Positions 51,662-64,000 of a DNA stretch of 64,000 bases are shown in pieces (position 1 is the first letter of the stretch; the number at the start of each line of letters is the position of its first letter). The notes beneath the pieces are model-generated. The model made no database searches. It was given only the letters and a program-made list of their open reading frames with translations, and had not been told where the DNA came from. A program made the position numbers and the translations under genes. The stretch spans positions 4,630,716 through 4,694,715 of the forward strand of contig MU058337.1 in NCBI GenBank assembly GCA_013265495.1. Reading direction: 5' to 3'. This DNA is from Vicugna vicugna (taxonomy: Eukaryota).

Positions 51662-52848
51662 TGTGTAAGAGCCTCCTTTTCTCTGCAACCCTCCAACCGT
51701 AGCCTATTACCAATCTGGTGGAAAACATAGACTCTAATTCTTTTAATTTGTATTTTCCTGATTACTGGTGAGGTTGGAAATCTTTTGTCATGTTCACTGG
51801 GCCTCTGCATTTCTTTTTATCCTGGGAATTGTCTTTTCAGAACTGTTGTCCATTTTCATATGTTATTCACCCTTCTATTAATGATTTGTAGACATGTTTT
51901 TCCTGTTACAGACCTTGGACATTTCACTACTACACATTTTGATAATATTTCCCCCAATAAAAGGGTAAGAATTATTCTTATGTATTGTTTCTCAAATTAC
52001 ATTTTTTCCATTGATTTTTGATTCTTCAATCCTTTTGGAATTTACATACGTTATTCTGGGGTAGGGGTTTATCTTCCTTCCGCTTCTGCCTCCCCCGTAG
52101 CAACACTTACAGGGTGGTCCCTAGGTGGGGAGAACTGGGGCTGCAGCTGCCGGATGTGAAAGTTGTGTGTTTTCCATGACGCCACTCTGTGTAAGAAGGG
52201 AGACGAGGAACCAGAGAAAACTGGGCTGTTACTTCTAAAAGAGGCCAATATCCACTCTCAACTGTGCTGAAAGATTGATTTTAGCTGGGTAACGTTACAG
52301 GCCAGGTAGGGAGGGAAAGTATGCTTTTCAAGTGAAGACGAGCCCTTCTTATGTAACATGTGAGCTGGGGAAAGCAGGATTTTGTGGAGCAGGGAGTAGC
52401 GGGGATACCAGAACGGCTGCATTTGGTTGGCCATATGCTTTCTGTTCTGTCTGGAATTAAGATCGCTATACTTAGAGGAACTTTATCTGTAACCTTGAGT
52501 GCTGGTTTAAAATCTTGCTGAGAGCTAGGTATGTTATCTGTAAGAGGGATTTTCTTCCTTATGATGCTGATAAAAGAAACAGTAATGCAGGTGCAAGGAG
52601 ACGGCCAGCATGTCTGGTAATATCCCTGAGATAGGCTGCGCTGTGAAGTGGTAAATGCATTGTGTTAAATTTCCATTGTAAAATAGCACATGTGGGGAGT
52701 ATTTCTTCGAAAGAAAGAGTCTTTTCCTAATTAGATCAAAATATTAATATATCTCTTGTGTTTTCCTTGTGAAATTATATTCTAGGCTTTTCAATTCTAA
52801 TGGTATGCTTTTGTAAGAATTTCTTGCTTCCATTGACATTTTTAAAAA

Positions 52849-52981
52849 GTCTTAGACAAATTTTTTTTGAGAAGGGAGGTAATTTAATGTATTTATTTAT
52901 TTTTAATGGAGGTACTGGGGACTGAACCCAGGACTTGTGCATACTATGCATGCACTCTACCACTGAGCTATACCCTCCTCC
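52849..52981 (-). mobile_element. tRNA-Ala-derived SINE (camelid Vic-1 type)
   Basis: Minus strand reads ggaggagggtatagctcagtggtagagtgcatgc...cctgggttcagtccccagtacctccattaaaaataaataaa...attacctccc plus an A-tail. TSD ttcca(t/c)tgacatttttaaaaa at 52828-52848 and 52983-53003. Confidence 0.9.
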
Positions 52982-53384
52982 TTTCCACTGACATTTTTAA
53001 AAAAGGTGTATTTTCTTAAACTTTGTGTTGGAGGAAAGGAGTTTCTTTTCCTCCTTTTGGAAGATATCCTAAGCTGAGTGGGTGAAGAATCAAAAAAAAT
53101 TGAGAAATGTTGGAGGGATTGCAGTAAGAAAGTAAGTATTAAGTTATGGAACCCAGTAAAACTGTGTCCAGATTTTCTTGGTCATTCAGTGGCTCCATTT
53201 GTTTGGAGTAGTACCAGAAACCAAAGAAACCTCTTTTGGTTAAGTACTTTATTTCACATCTTCCCCTATTTTTTTTCAGCTTGCACGTGATCACTATGTT
53301 AGATGTGCAGCTAATGCTATAAATGTATACACTCAATTTAGCAACTTCATTAAAATCCCCAAAATTGATCACAGGCTTCTTGAA

Positions 53385-53522
53385 GCCTTGCTGCTCTGTG
53401 TGGCCTTGGACCAGTGGCATCAGCATCACCTGGGGGCTGGCTAAGACTGCCCCACCCCAGACCTAGTGAATCAGAATCTGTATTTTTTTTTTAAAAGCTG
53501 GATTAATGTTCGAGAAACACTG
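53385..53522. mobile_element. MER5A-like hAT MITE
   Basis: ggaccagtggcatcagcatcacctggg...ccccaccccagacctagtgaatcagaatctgtatttt...gagaaacactg. Confidence 0.75.
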
Positions 53523-55659
53523 TTCTGCAGCAGTAATAGACCAAACATCATTTGAATCTTACTTTCTATTATCTTTAGCTTCTTTGAAGAATAGTACATC
53601 AGGTATTTCTTTGAACAGGAAAAAAAAAAAAAAAACCCAGCTTGGCCAGGGTATGATGAAAAGGAAAACTCTATAGTAACCAGGAAGTGGAAATTTATTC
53701 AGTTCAGTAGCTAGCTAAGGGCTTGCAGTCTGGCAGACCAGGGCTGGAATCCTGTTTTTGTAATTTACCAGTTGCATGGCCAGTAAATCATTTAATGTCT
53801 TGTCTAACCTCAGCTGAAATGAAGCATTCTGACCCTCAGTTCCTTTGTCTTTTGACTCCATGATGCTTTCCACTATGTCAGGCTTATAAACAAAATAGTT
53901 CATGGGTGTCCAGAATTATATTCAGTTGGGCTAATCTTTTCAGTAATTTACATTCTGTTCTCTATATACTGCCTTTCTAAGGGCAGAGACATAAACCAGA
54001 CCCATAGGCATATAAATGAGTGAGGGGTATGGGGAAATCTGTGTTTAAGCACTGTTAGGTTATTTTAATAGTTTAAATTGCATTACTTAGTTTCCAAGTA
54101 AGTATTCTGCCAATTTTCTCTAAAAATGAATCTATGACCCTGGCTCTCCCACGCTTGTCTCTTTCTAGCCTGGCTTCCTGGCTCTAATATGTGGGGAAAT
54201 TTCTGGTGAAGATATGACGCTCTGACTCACTGACAAATTCAAAATGTTTACATTAGTATGAACTATGTCCACAAATATATCTTAAAGAAAGGCAAAAGGA
54301 ATTTAAGCTTCTCTCTGAAATACTGTCTGATTTAGATATGAGATATGCAAATGAATTTTCATTGAAAAAGATATAGTGCCAGGCATGCTGATGAAATGTG
54401 CATCTTTTGTAATTTTAGAATAGCATCCTAGAAAGGAAATACCTTTGTGACTTAGGAGGTAGAAAAACAGGACATACAAGATAGTACAGAAGATAGAAAC
54501 AATTTTTGTATTCTATATATTTTTAATCATCTCTAGAAAAGTGCTCACAACCTGTTTTATCTTGAATTATGGCATTTGTTAATCATTGGATTAGCCTTTA
54601 TCTCATTCTCTTTAAGTTGTCACCTTTTATTTTTTGTTAAATAATCTCTTCAATACATTTCAGGATATTTTGACTCAGTGCAGCTTTTACAATATGAATT
54701 TCTTGTGTCCCAGTTATTTCATTTATTAAGCATGTCAATGTAGTGAAGAGACAAATTTCATGATGATAAAGCAAATGTTGCCCATTATGTACAAGTTGGA
54801 TATGTAAATGGTAATTGGCTAGATTGGGGGGAGCATAAATAGCTGCATAATTAAAATTTAAGTAGATTTTAAAAATATGATTTTTCAGGTATACGTGTCT
54901 CTAATACTAGAGTGGATGCTAACACACTGATTTCTTTATATATGTGGTACCCAAATTTGCATATGAATCTATAATCATAAATTAAATCCCTTTGCTACTG
55001 AATTCAACATTTTACCTTTAAGAGATGTTGTAGATTTGTTATTTTAAATTTGTAATTGTTAATCTGTAAAATATTAGAGTTTTGGGGTGTTAGTTCTGCA
55101 CTGTGAATTTTTTACCTTGAAAGCCTGAAGACAGTTTTAAAATATATTTAATTTATGGTTTAGAAGATTTGAACATTGTTTTCATTTGAGTTGGGTTTGG
55201 AACCCTTTCTTTCTAAGGGGGAGAAAAATCCCAGATGGTTAAGAAGCTAGGTGCAAATTCTGGTTCTGCTGAAGTACAGCTTGCACCAGCTGGTTGGCTC
55301 TCCTTTCTAACCTAAGTTATGTGTGACATTCACTACTTCTCAAAAGGATGGCAGGGCAGGACACCTGCTCATGTGGATGAAGGATGGTCACTATCCCCTC
55401 GGATTGATTCTCTTGCATGGCCTCTGCAGGACTTTTCCTGGCGCTGGAGAAAGGCACTTGGGGTCCCATCCCCTCACAGGGAGTCCTTGCCTGCTCGAGT
55501 CTTAGAGGTCTGGGAGCCATCCTTTTTCTCCTGATGTGTTCAGAGAAAGAACAGTGTCTCTCTAGGATCCCAGTTGTGGGTGAACGCATGTAAGAGGGTC
55601 TCAGGTGAGCGACTGGAAGAGAAAGTCTTTCATGAGCCAACAACAGGGAGTGAAGAGTG

Positions 55660-56030
55660 TCCTGCAGCCAGCGCCACGCCGCCGTCTAGTCCTAGTTTGG
55701 GAAGAGGGCTGCCGGGCGAGCTTGGACGCGAGAATCCCAATCACGGGAGCCGGCGCCCAGGCCGCAGCCCCCGCTCCAGGCTCTGGTGCGCCCCCAGCCT
55801 TGCGCGCCTGTGCTCCTCGCCCTTTATGCACGCCCATTGCTATCAGCGGACTGAAGGAGAAGGCTCAGACTCTACCTTTCAACTCTTTGCTCAGCGGACA
55901 TCCTGGGAACCCAGGCACGCTTCGAACTCTCAGTCACCGCCCTGTTTTCTTAGAGAGTGAACAGCCCAGGGGTGGGGAGGCGACGTGGTTGCGGGGCACA
56001 TGCTGGGGAGGCCAGGTCCGGTTCAGAAAT
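55660..56030. promoter_or_regulatory. Small CpG-island-like patch (possible alternative promoter or enhancer)
   Basis: About 19 CpG counted by eye in 55661-55860 within a CpG-depleted window. CCAAT at 55737-55741; NRF1-like gcgcgcctgtgc at ~55802. Confidence 0.5.
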
Positions 56031-56574
56031 GAGGCTGTTCTTCCCACCTCCCAGGGTAGCTCCGATTTCTTTAAAGTTCTGGGAGTACTGTTTAGCTTTG
56101 TTCTGTTCTTGCCACAAATCATTACTCTCATAACTGATAGAGTCAGGCCTTTTCTATGCTCACCGCAAGCAGGGGGCTTTGGGAGGGCTCTCCCTCTAAC
56201 TGGTGAGTTGTGGGCCAGCACCCATGGGCTGTTTGCTGCATGCACAATACTTCCTGAGGCTCCTGAAGCATTTCCTTTCTGGAGAAGTCTGTAGTTTTAG
56301 GCCAGTCCTAATTCCTTTTCCCTGTTCTCATCCCTGACCTGGTGACCCCAGAGATTAAAGACAGGTACCCTGTGTCAGAAAGTCCAGTTGTTCTGAAGAG
56401 ACACAATTTTCTCTAGAAAGTGTTTAACCAGCTAAGAAAGAAGGGCTTAAGATATCAGAAAAATAAACAAATGTTCTTCCTTGATTCAGTGGTTTCAGAT
56501 TCCCTATGACCATAATTTGGAAAGGAGACCACTTTAAACAAATTAAAATTTATTTTATATCTCTATATATTGCC

Positions 56575-56700
56575 AGGGCAGTCCTCCTCAAGGAGCTCTT
56601 GTTAAGTGGGTTTGGGGGAGTATGAGATTCTCCACATCTAACAAGCTCCCAGGTCATGTGGATGCTGGTGGCCCACAGAGCAAACTTTGAGTAACAATGA
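56575..56700. mobile_element. MER5-family MITE fragment
   Basis: tctaacaagctcccaggtcatgtggatgctggtggcccacagagcaaactttgagtaac. Confidence 0.6.
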
Positions 56701-57488
56701 TACAGAGAATTTTCAGTGAGTAATTTTAATTGGTTACATTGCTAGCTCAGTGGAGATTAGATTTTTGAATTATTCATGGTTTTTAATTTTTTCATTTGTA
56801 AAACTTTAATGACAGGCTGGAATTTTAATATTATTTACATGATTAATAAATCTTATTATTTGGCATGATTAAACATCATAGAAAAATATAAATAAGTCCC
56901 CAAATATAATTTCCAAAGGACCAAGTGCTGCCAAATGATTTTTTGATTTCTGTTTCAGAAATTCACTGGGCATATATGCAATAGAATTTGTCAGTAAACT
57001 AGATTTATGAATCAGATAATTATCAAATGATACAGTGGTTTGACCAGGCAAGAGAGATTTTACTCTTTGACGCTCTTTCAGTACGAATGTGGACAATATC
57101 TCGTATGTGTAATCTTAACCACAGATACATATTAAACAGAATTCATGCTCCTTTGAGAATTGAAAGATTTGACTTCTCCCCCTCAGTGTTTTAAAGCTTT
57201 ACTAACTCTTAAAGTTTTTTCTACACACTATTTGACTATCTGCAGAAAGTAAATGTGATTCTAAATTCCAATGTACACCCCTGGGGAGATATAAAATCTT
57301 TAACTTTTATAAGCTCAGATATAACTTATGAATAGTATGCATTTTATGTGTCTGACATATATATGTGTGTATCTATATATCAATAAAATATTTACATAAC
57401 TTGAGAAAATAAGTCTGAACCCTTGGAAGATAGTAATATAGTATCTAGTCATTTCAGAAAAAAATGTTGAAAATGGCCTACTAATTTT

Positions 57489-57756
57489 TAATTTTTATTT
57501 TTAATTGTGGTAAAATACACATAACATAAAATATACGATCTTAACTATTTTTATGTGTACAGTGTCATAGGATTAAGTATAGTCACATTGTGTGCAACCA
57601 TCACCACCATCCATTTCCAGAACTCTTTTCATCTTGCAAACTGAAACTCTGTATGCCTTAAACAACAGCTCCCCCTTCCTCAGCCGCTGGTAACCACCAT
57701 TCTACCTTCTGTCTCTTATGAATTTGATTATTCTAGGTACCTAGTGTAAAGTGGAT
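57489..57756 (-). mobile_element. L1MB-type 3' end
   Basis: ttttaattgtggtaaaatacacataacataaaat...gtgcaaccatcaccaccatccatttccagaactcttttcatcttgcaaactgaaactct. Approximate TSD aatggcctactaatttt / aattgtctactatttt. Confidence 0.85.
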
Positions 57757-58079
57757 AATTGTCTACTATTTTGTAGTCAAATATGGAAGTGCACAGTTTA
57801 CTGGTTGAAGATGTTTAAAAACATAACAGAAAATCAATTAGAAACACATTAAAAGTCAGCATGATGCAAATGCGAGGTTGCGAGAAGCCAGTGTCTAGTG
57901 GACTTCCTCCTTTTGTGTGTCAGCACCATTAAGCACAGGGTTGCTGGACTTTCTGCTGAATCATGGAGACAGAATGATGTCACAGAAGACTCATATCTGA
58001 CTCTCTTTTCTGCTAAGAGGAGCTCCGGTATATTTCATCTACAAAATTAGGGGGTTGAACCAGGAATGACCTTCCAAGT

Positions 58080-58940
58080 CATTCATTTGTTCAGGAATTT
58101 AAGCTCTTCATTTTGCCAAGCTCTGTCCTAGGTGCTGGGGGTACAGCTGTGGGAAGAATAGGTAAAAATCCCTGCCCTCATGGAACTTCCCAGCTAGACA
58201 AAAAGTAAGCTAAATAAAACAATGATATCATATATTGGATGGTGAGGAATGCTTTGGTAAAAAGTGAAGCAGGGAAGGGGAAAGGGGACGCTGTGAGATA
58301 CCAGGGGAGGAGAGGAGTTCAACCTCAGGGAGAAGGGGGCAGGGGCTGTGTGGATCCTACGGATAGAACAGGACGTGTGAAAACCCCGAGAGGGGGTTGC
58401 CTGGCACACTCCGGGAACAGCAAGGACAATACTGTGGCCAGAGTTGGGAGTGAAGGGGAGAGAGGGAGGCGATGAGATTGGAGAGACAACAGAAGACCAG
58501 AGCAGATGGGTAGTTGGTTATACAGACTTGGACTGATCCCTGAAATGAGACTGGAGCCTCTGAAGGGCTTCTAGCAGAGTAGCGACTTGATCCAACATAT
58601 TTTGGAAGAGTCACTCCGGCTGCTGAAGGAGGCGAGAGCAGAAGTAAGAGTGACGGTTAGGAGACTGCTGTGGAAATTCAGTTGATCTATATTCAGTGGC
58701 TTGGAGCAAGATGGTAGCAGTAGAGGTGATTAACCATGGTTTGAAGGTACCAGGATTTTCCTAAAGATTAGAAAGCTGAGTCTGTAGTTTTTGGCCTGAG
58801 CAGCTGGAAGGATGGAGCTGTCACTCACTAAGGTGGGGATGACTGCGGAAGGGCTGGTGTGAGAGGGAGGACCCACAGTTTGTGAAATTGATAAGCCTGT
58901 TAGATGTCCAGGTGGCGATGGGGACAGACAGTTGGTACCC
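58080..58940 (-). mobile_element. L2a-like 3' region
   Basis: tgccaagctctgtcctaggtgctgggggtacagctgtg...tccctgccctcatggaactt...ttttggcctgagcagctggaaggatggagctgtca...ttagatgtccaggtgg. Confidence 0.8.
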
Positions 58941-58984
58941 AGAATGGGTTTGGTGTTTTCAGGAGAGGAATTACTGTCATACTT

Positions 58985-59092
58985 ACCACCTTGCAGATGG
59001 AGAAACAGAGTTAGGTAGAGCTTAGGTAATTTACCCAGTGACTTATAGCCAGAAAGAGATGTGGCTAGGTATTCAGTCTGTCTTCTTAACCT
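58985..59092 (-). mobile_element. MIR SINE fragment
   Basis: ttgcagatggagaaacagag...ttaggtaatttacccagtgacttatagccagaaag. Confidence 0.65.
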
Positions 59093-60149
59093 CACTGGAT
59101 TGAGGAGATCTTACTGCATGCTCATTGTTTAATAGGTTCTCCTGAGTCATGAAATAGCTGTTGGACTGATCATAGCAGGGAGAAGGGCATGTCTTTGGCA
59201 GGATTGTCAGTTATTGAATACTTAAGAAGCAACATAATTCAAAAGCAGACTAATTAGGAGATCTATCTTATAAATTGCAAGCATTATGTCTTAGAGTTTT
59301 TTACCCCTCTCCATAGAGATGCCTCCCCCACCAACCCCAGCTCTGCCTTCTGCTCTGGCTTTAAATTCTTTTTTCTCATTTCTAAACATTTCTGGCTCAT
59401 TCTTATAGCCAGCTCACCTCTTGTCACTACTGTTCACGAAGGGTATTTTTCTAGGTTCACAGCATGCCAGAAAGGCAGAGAAGATTACTTTTAAAAGAAA
59501 TACACAGGTAAGAATGCAAAGTAGGGTACTTATTTTATGTGACCTTGATGAGCTGTTGATTTGCAATCTGCCATTTTTTCCCCATCAATTTAAAATTCAA
59601 GACTTTTAAAGAAAAATTCAGATAGCCCACAACATATTAACCTGGTATCTGAGAAAGGGAGAAAAACAAATACATTTAGTGGCAACTTGGTTCACCAGAT
59701 TGGCAGACATCAAAATATGATTACAGAAGAAAAGAAGAAGGAAAATAATTTAGGGGAAAGAATATATTTTGAATCAATATACCCAACGTCAGATTCTAAC
59801 TACTTAATTCCTCTAAGATCTTGAGTAAGTCACTTTAACTCTTAAAGTCTGTTTCTTCACGAGATGAATAAGGATACCTTTTTCCCCCCTGTTTGGTTTG
59901 AATATTAGTGAAATAGTTCTAAAATCTGGCTTTAGCCATCTCTAACTATACAATTATTTAATAAGCTTTAGCTTATATTATTGCATATATTTTTAATGCT
60001 CTCTTCAGGTATGTTGGTGGACTGCAGATAAATGCTCTGTTCCCACCTGCTCATGCAGAACTTAAAAGAAGGAATAACCAATGCGAGTTCTTTCTTGATG
60101 AACTATCACAATAATAGAAATATTAACAAAGCACGTGCACGCTCCTTCT

Positions 60150-60480
60150 TGAATGCCCTTCATCCCTTCCACCTGCCACTGCCTACAAGAGCCCCATGAG
60201 TCACCTCCTCCATGAAGCCCTCCAACATCTACTCCCCAGCAGTGGTTGGGCTGGCTGGGACCTGGGAGTCTCTGTAAATTAACCACTCTTTCCTTTGTGT
60301 TCCTTTATGCCTTTTTTAGAACTCCATTATAGGACTTCTTTTTTTCTATTTTGATTTGTAATTGTGTGTTTACTTGTTTCTGTTAGACTGTGAGTGTTTT
60401 TAAGACAAGTTATGCCCAATAATCTTAGTTATCAGTGATTAGAACAATGCCTGGAATCGATAAATGCTTGTTGAATAACT
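60150..60480 (+). mobile_element. L2 3' end
   Basis: tcacctcctccatgaagccctcc...ttagactgtgagtgtttttaagacaag...aacaatgcctggaatcgataaatgcttgttgaataa. Confidence 0.65.
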
Positions 60481-61519
60481 AAGGGCTATTCAGCATTTTT
60501 CTTCTGTGATAAAACCTTTCACAGCACACTCAGACAATTCACCCCAAGTTTACCTTTGATCTGTCCACTGTCTAAACCCAAAGTTCATCTGCCAAATTAG
60601 GAATTCCAGCTCTTTTTCTTTATTTAGCCGTCAGTCTCCTGTGAGGGCCATTAGCCACCACACGTGCAGGTGTGGGAAGTGCATGGCCTGTTTCATCACA
60701 CTGTAACCATGTCCTGAGACGCCCTGAGGTTGCATAAAAGGAGATGCCAGAAGAGGAGGCTGAGGAGGAATGATTGGAGAGAGAGGAGGAAAGCAGCGCT
60801 GTCCCCCAGGCCAAGAGAGCAGCGTGTTTTCAGGGAGAGACAGTCACCGATCAGTAAATCCTGCTTAGTCTCAGCTGTATTATCTTTTACACCTACCATT
60901 CCCAGTGGCAAGAGAGAGTGGAAGGAGGGAATACAGGGCAGGGACCACAAGATACCAGTTCATGTCCTCTTTACATCACATCGCTCTCACTCCATCTGTC
61001 AAATGGGGTCAGTAGTCATTCCTAAGCCATTAGCTTGTCCTGCAGATGAATTTGTAACAGTCAAGTAGAATTCCCGCACAGAGCCCTACACCTCTCAGTG
61101 CTGAATAAACATTAGTTACTAACAGTATTGTTGGTTGTGTGATCCAAGTGCAATTAGCAAAATATAACTAGATATCATTGTGTAAGATGTTTGTCTCTAG
61201 CAAACAAGAGAACCTCCTGATGGTGTGAACACACAAGCAGTACCCATTCCTGGGTCTTTGAGGCTTCACGACTAATCGGACTCTGACAGCTCTCACCTGG
61301 GATGCGGAACCACTCAAGGTGGAACCGAGAGAGGTAAGAGTAAAATGAAGGGGTAGGAGAATGGAGTCAGTGAAGGAGAGAAGTTTAAAGCCAGTAGTCT
61401 TTTTAAATCACCCAAAATGTATTTGAGACTGTTCTTAAAAATACACTTAATGACAGAGGAGGAGGTTTTATATTTTAATATTCAGCTTGCATAAAGCAGA
61501 GGTGTGCTATGTTTAGAAG

Positions 61520-61765
61520 GCAGTAGAGTAGAGCTATTAAGAGCACCCTTTCAGAGCCGGTAAAACCCAAGATGAGATCCCAGCGCTAGGACATATTTAC
61601 TGTGTGAGCATGGGAGCTTTCTTAACTTGGCTAAACCTCGGTTTTCTAGTCTGTAAAATGGGAGCTATAGTAGCTAACTCCCTGGGCTAATTTAAGGATG
61701 AAATTGGATAATATTAGCAAAAAAACTTTGCAGCAGGCCTGGAGCAAAGGAAAGGGTCAATCAGT
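61520..61765 (+). mobile_element. Near full-length MIR SINE
   Basis: ttaagagcac...tgtgtgagcatgggagctttcttaacttggctaaacctcggttttctagtctgtaaaatggg...aggatgaaattggataat. Confidence 0.8.
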
Positions 61766-62799
61766 ATAGATACTGTAGGATGACAGAATAGGACTGATGG
61801 ACATTTAGATAGCTAGACAGACACTGTTCAATTCCAGGAAAATGGATGTTAAGTATTAATTAGGCAATTCTAATCTTAACTTCCCTTAATCACATAAATC
61901 ATTCAATTAATACCTCTGAGTGAGCCAAACCATCATTAACGGCAGAGTAGAAAGGAAGATGTTGAGACTTTGAGTGGCTTAGAATTCTTTATATTTCATC
62001 TTCACCATTTTTTAAGTGGCATCCCTTGCCATGGTAATGAATCTTAATTTTGTAAGCTCTTATTGAACAAGTAGAAAATACATTTGTGTTGGGAAAGAGG
62101 TAAAACTGTCCAGCATTCTTGAGGATAAATATTGCAGGAGAAAGGTAACGTCATTCATTTTTGATGAAAACAAATCTTTGACCTAGGAAAGCCTGCCATG
62201 AGGAAGCCACAAAAATGTCTGTGTCCATTTTGTCATTTTACGGTTAGTAAACATGAATGAGAATGTTGATCAGCATAAAGTCTCAGTCAGGAAGGTTGGC
62301 TGTTACTCAGTCAGCAATGGAGGGTGTCATATGTGCAGCTTCCCTTTGTGAGCGTATTTCAAATAAAGAAATCTGGAAATGTCTGTGAGTCAAAGATGTG
62401 GTGCATGCAATATATGATGTAAAACAAAGGCGGGTGGTTTACGTAGCTCAGCAGACAAGACACCAGATGGTGTGTGTGCTTGATTGAATGGCACCCAAGA
62501 CAAGACAGCACCCACCTGTTACTCTGAGAACACAATGGGAAGAATCCTGGATCTTCACAACCTTTTCATTGATGTAATACTTTTTTTTCTTTAATACTTA
62601 ATATCTCTCTGTAACTTGTATCTATTATTCTAGGTTGTAGTAAGTCCTTTTGGGAAGGCAGAGTATAAACAATATAATTTTATAAATAGACAAGGATTAC
62701 TAAAACATTGGAGTCAGAAGCAGATCTATGACCGTATCAGGTAGGTTTGTGTGATGTAGACCAGTATTCATGGTGGCATTGATTTATGACTGTGTTTGT

Positions 62800-63760
62800 T
62801 AGACACGGTGACAAATACTGGGATGGGGGACAGAGGAGACAAAAATGTATAGCATATTACTTCTGCACTCAATGAGATTGCAAGGTAGTATAGGGAGACA
62901 GTGTAAGAAATGGCAAACACCCAGTATCTGTGTGATTAATTTTGTCTGGATGAGAGGTTACTGAAAACTAGACATCTGAGCAGTGCATTGAGGAGTGAAT
63001 GGGTAGCTCTGCCCTTGCAGATAGATAGAGCAGGGCATGCCAAGCTGAGAACAAGGAAAATTCCATGAGGCAAGAGGGTGTATGACACCCCTGGAGGAGC
63101 AGCCTGGAGGGACCCTAATGTGGGCTTCCTGGTGGACGGAATGGGAGATAGAACAAGATAGTGGCAGACCTTGAATGGTATTCTAATAATGTAGACTTTA
63201 TATTGAGAAAAATGGGGAGCTGTTGAATGTTATTAAACTGGGTGGAGAGGGGTAGAAAATAACCAGAGCTGAACTTTTGGGAGACACGGGCTGTCGGGCT
63301 GGGAAAGATGCCCCGGAATGTGAAATGGTAGGACACAGGAATGTCAGGGAATTGGCTCCTACATGTGTATTGGGAGAGCAAACGTGAGTGACAGGATGGC
63401 GTTAAATAGGACTCTGGATTGGGTATCAAGGATGAAAGTGCCATTAACCAAGATTGGGTTGCAGAAAATGGGGAGAGGTTTGAAAAGGGAGTGGAGGAAT
63501 GAGGGTAAGATGTGTGGTCAAAATTATAAATTTAATTCTGTGGCTATTTGTGAGAAAAATGTTCTCAAAATGTTAGAAATGAAGATTAGGTTTAAGTGGG
63601 CTGGCAAACAGAGATTTGAGAATTATCTGAACTGCAGCAGTAATTGTACGCCTGAGAGTGGATGATTTTGTCTAAGAAGATCAGGTACAATGAGAAGAAA
63701 AAGGTCAAGAACAAAACCTTAGGGAGTAAGTGGGTTTCAGGGATGAGGATAGAACTTATA
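62800..63760 (-). mobile_element. Diverged L2 LINE
   Basis: Purine-rich segment with gaccttgaatgg...tagactttatattgagaaaaatggggagctgttgaa and ggatgaaagtgccattaaccaagat L2-like motifs. Confidence 0.6.
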
Positions 63761-64000
63761 AAAGGGGGAAAACCAGAAGGAAGTATTATGACTGAAGTAT
63801 TGAAGCTGAAATGTTGAAGAACATTTCAAAAACATCACACTCCAAAAGATTACATATTGTAGAAAAATCAAATAGGATAAGAAATTAGGAAATATTGGAA
63901 TGGATATTATACAGACAATAGGAAGAGTAGTTTCAGCAGATAAACAGGATAATAAATTGAAAATGAGCATAAATACTTACTATTCTTTGAGCCCTTTCTT

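Noticed and set aside
54340..54965. Octamer motifs ATGCAAAT/ATTTGCAT (also near 22148, 36850 and 57865)
   Set aside because: An AT-rich 8-mer is expected several times in 64 kb on two strands, and there is no supporting composite context.
55605..56294. 229-aa ORF, the longest non-L1 ORF
   Set aside because: Starts at GTG, is Ala/Pro/Gly/Leu-rich with no recognisable domain, and overlaps similar ORFs in other frames. Explained by stop-codon scarcity in a GC-rich patch.
341..63970. The many 60-160 aa ORFs in the track
   Set aside because: No recognisable homology apart from L1 pieces. Many use non-ATG starts or overlap repeats, and their sizes fit random expectation.

Overview
Mammalian, very probably camelid (alpaca, llama or camel), non-coding genomic DNA. 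The lineage call rests on two tRNA-Ala-derived SINEs of the Vic-1 type and on artiodactyl-style L1 3' ends. I could not recognise any host protein-coding exon or intact RNA gene. The only ORFs with recognisable homology belong to dead LINE-1 copies, chiefly a 2.4-kb 5'-truncated ORF2 remnant at 28244-30667 with a target-site duplication (TSD). The rest is a patchwork of L1 3' ends, L2, MIR, hAT MITEs (MER20, MER58B, MER5), solo LTRs (MER21, MLT1, LTR33-like) and microsatellites, plus a few CpG-rich or motif-dense unique patches (about 6.95-7.7 kb, 15.2 kb and 55.7 kb). The minus-strand excess of L1/SINE copies suggests a long intron of a plus-strand gene, but this is inference. I found no convincing novel biological system. 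The most noteworthy items are two twin-primed (5'-inverted) L1 insertions, an exact 27-bp copy of MIR-derived sequence 2.65 kb from its source, a perfect 57-bp tandem duplication, a possible GC-biased gene conversion tract, and an enhancer-like cluster with a perfect inverted TCF/LEF pair. Repeat family names come from recalled consensus sequences, not a database search. Boundaries of old repeats are approximate.
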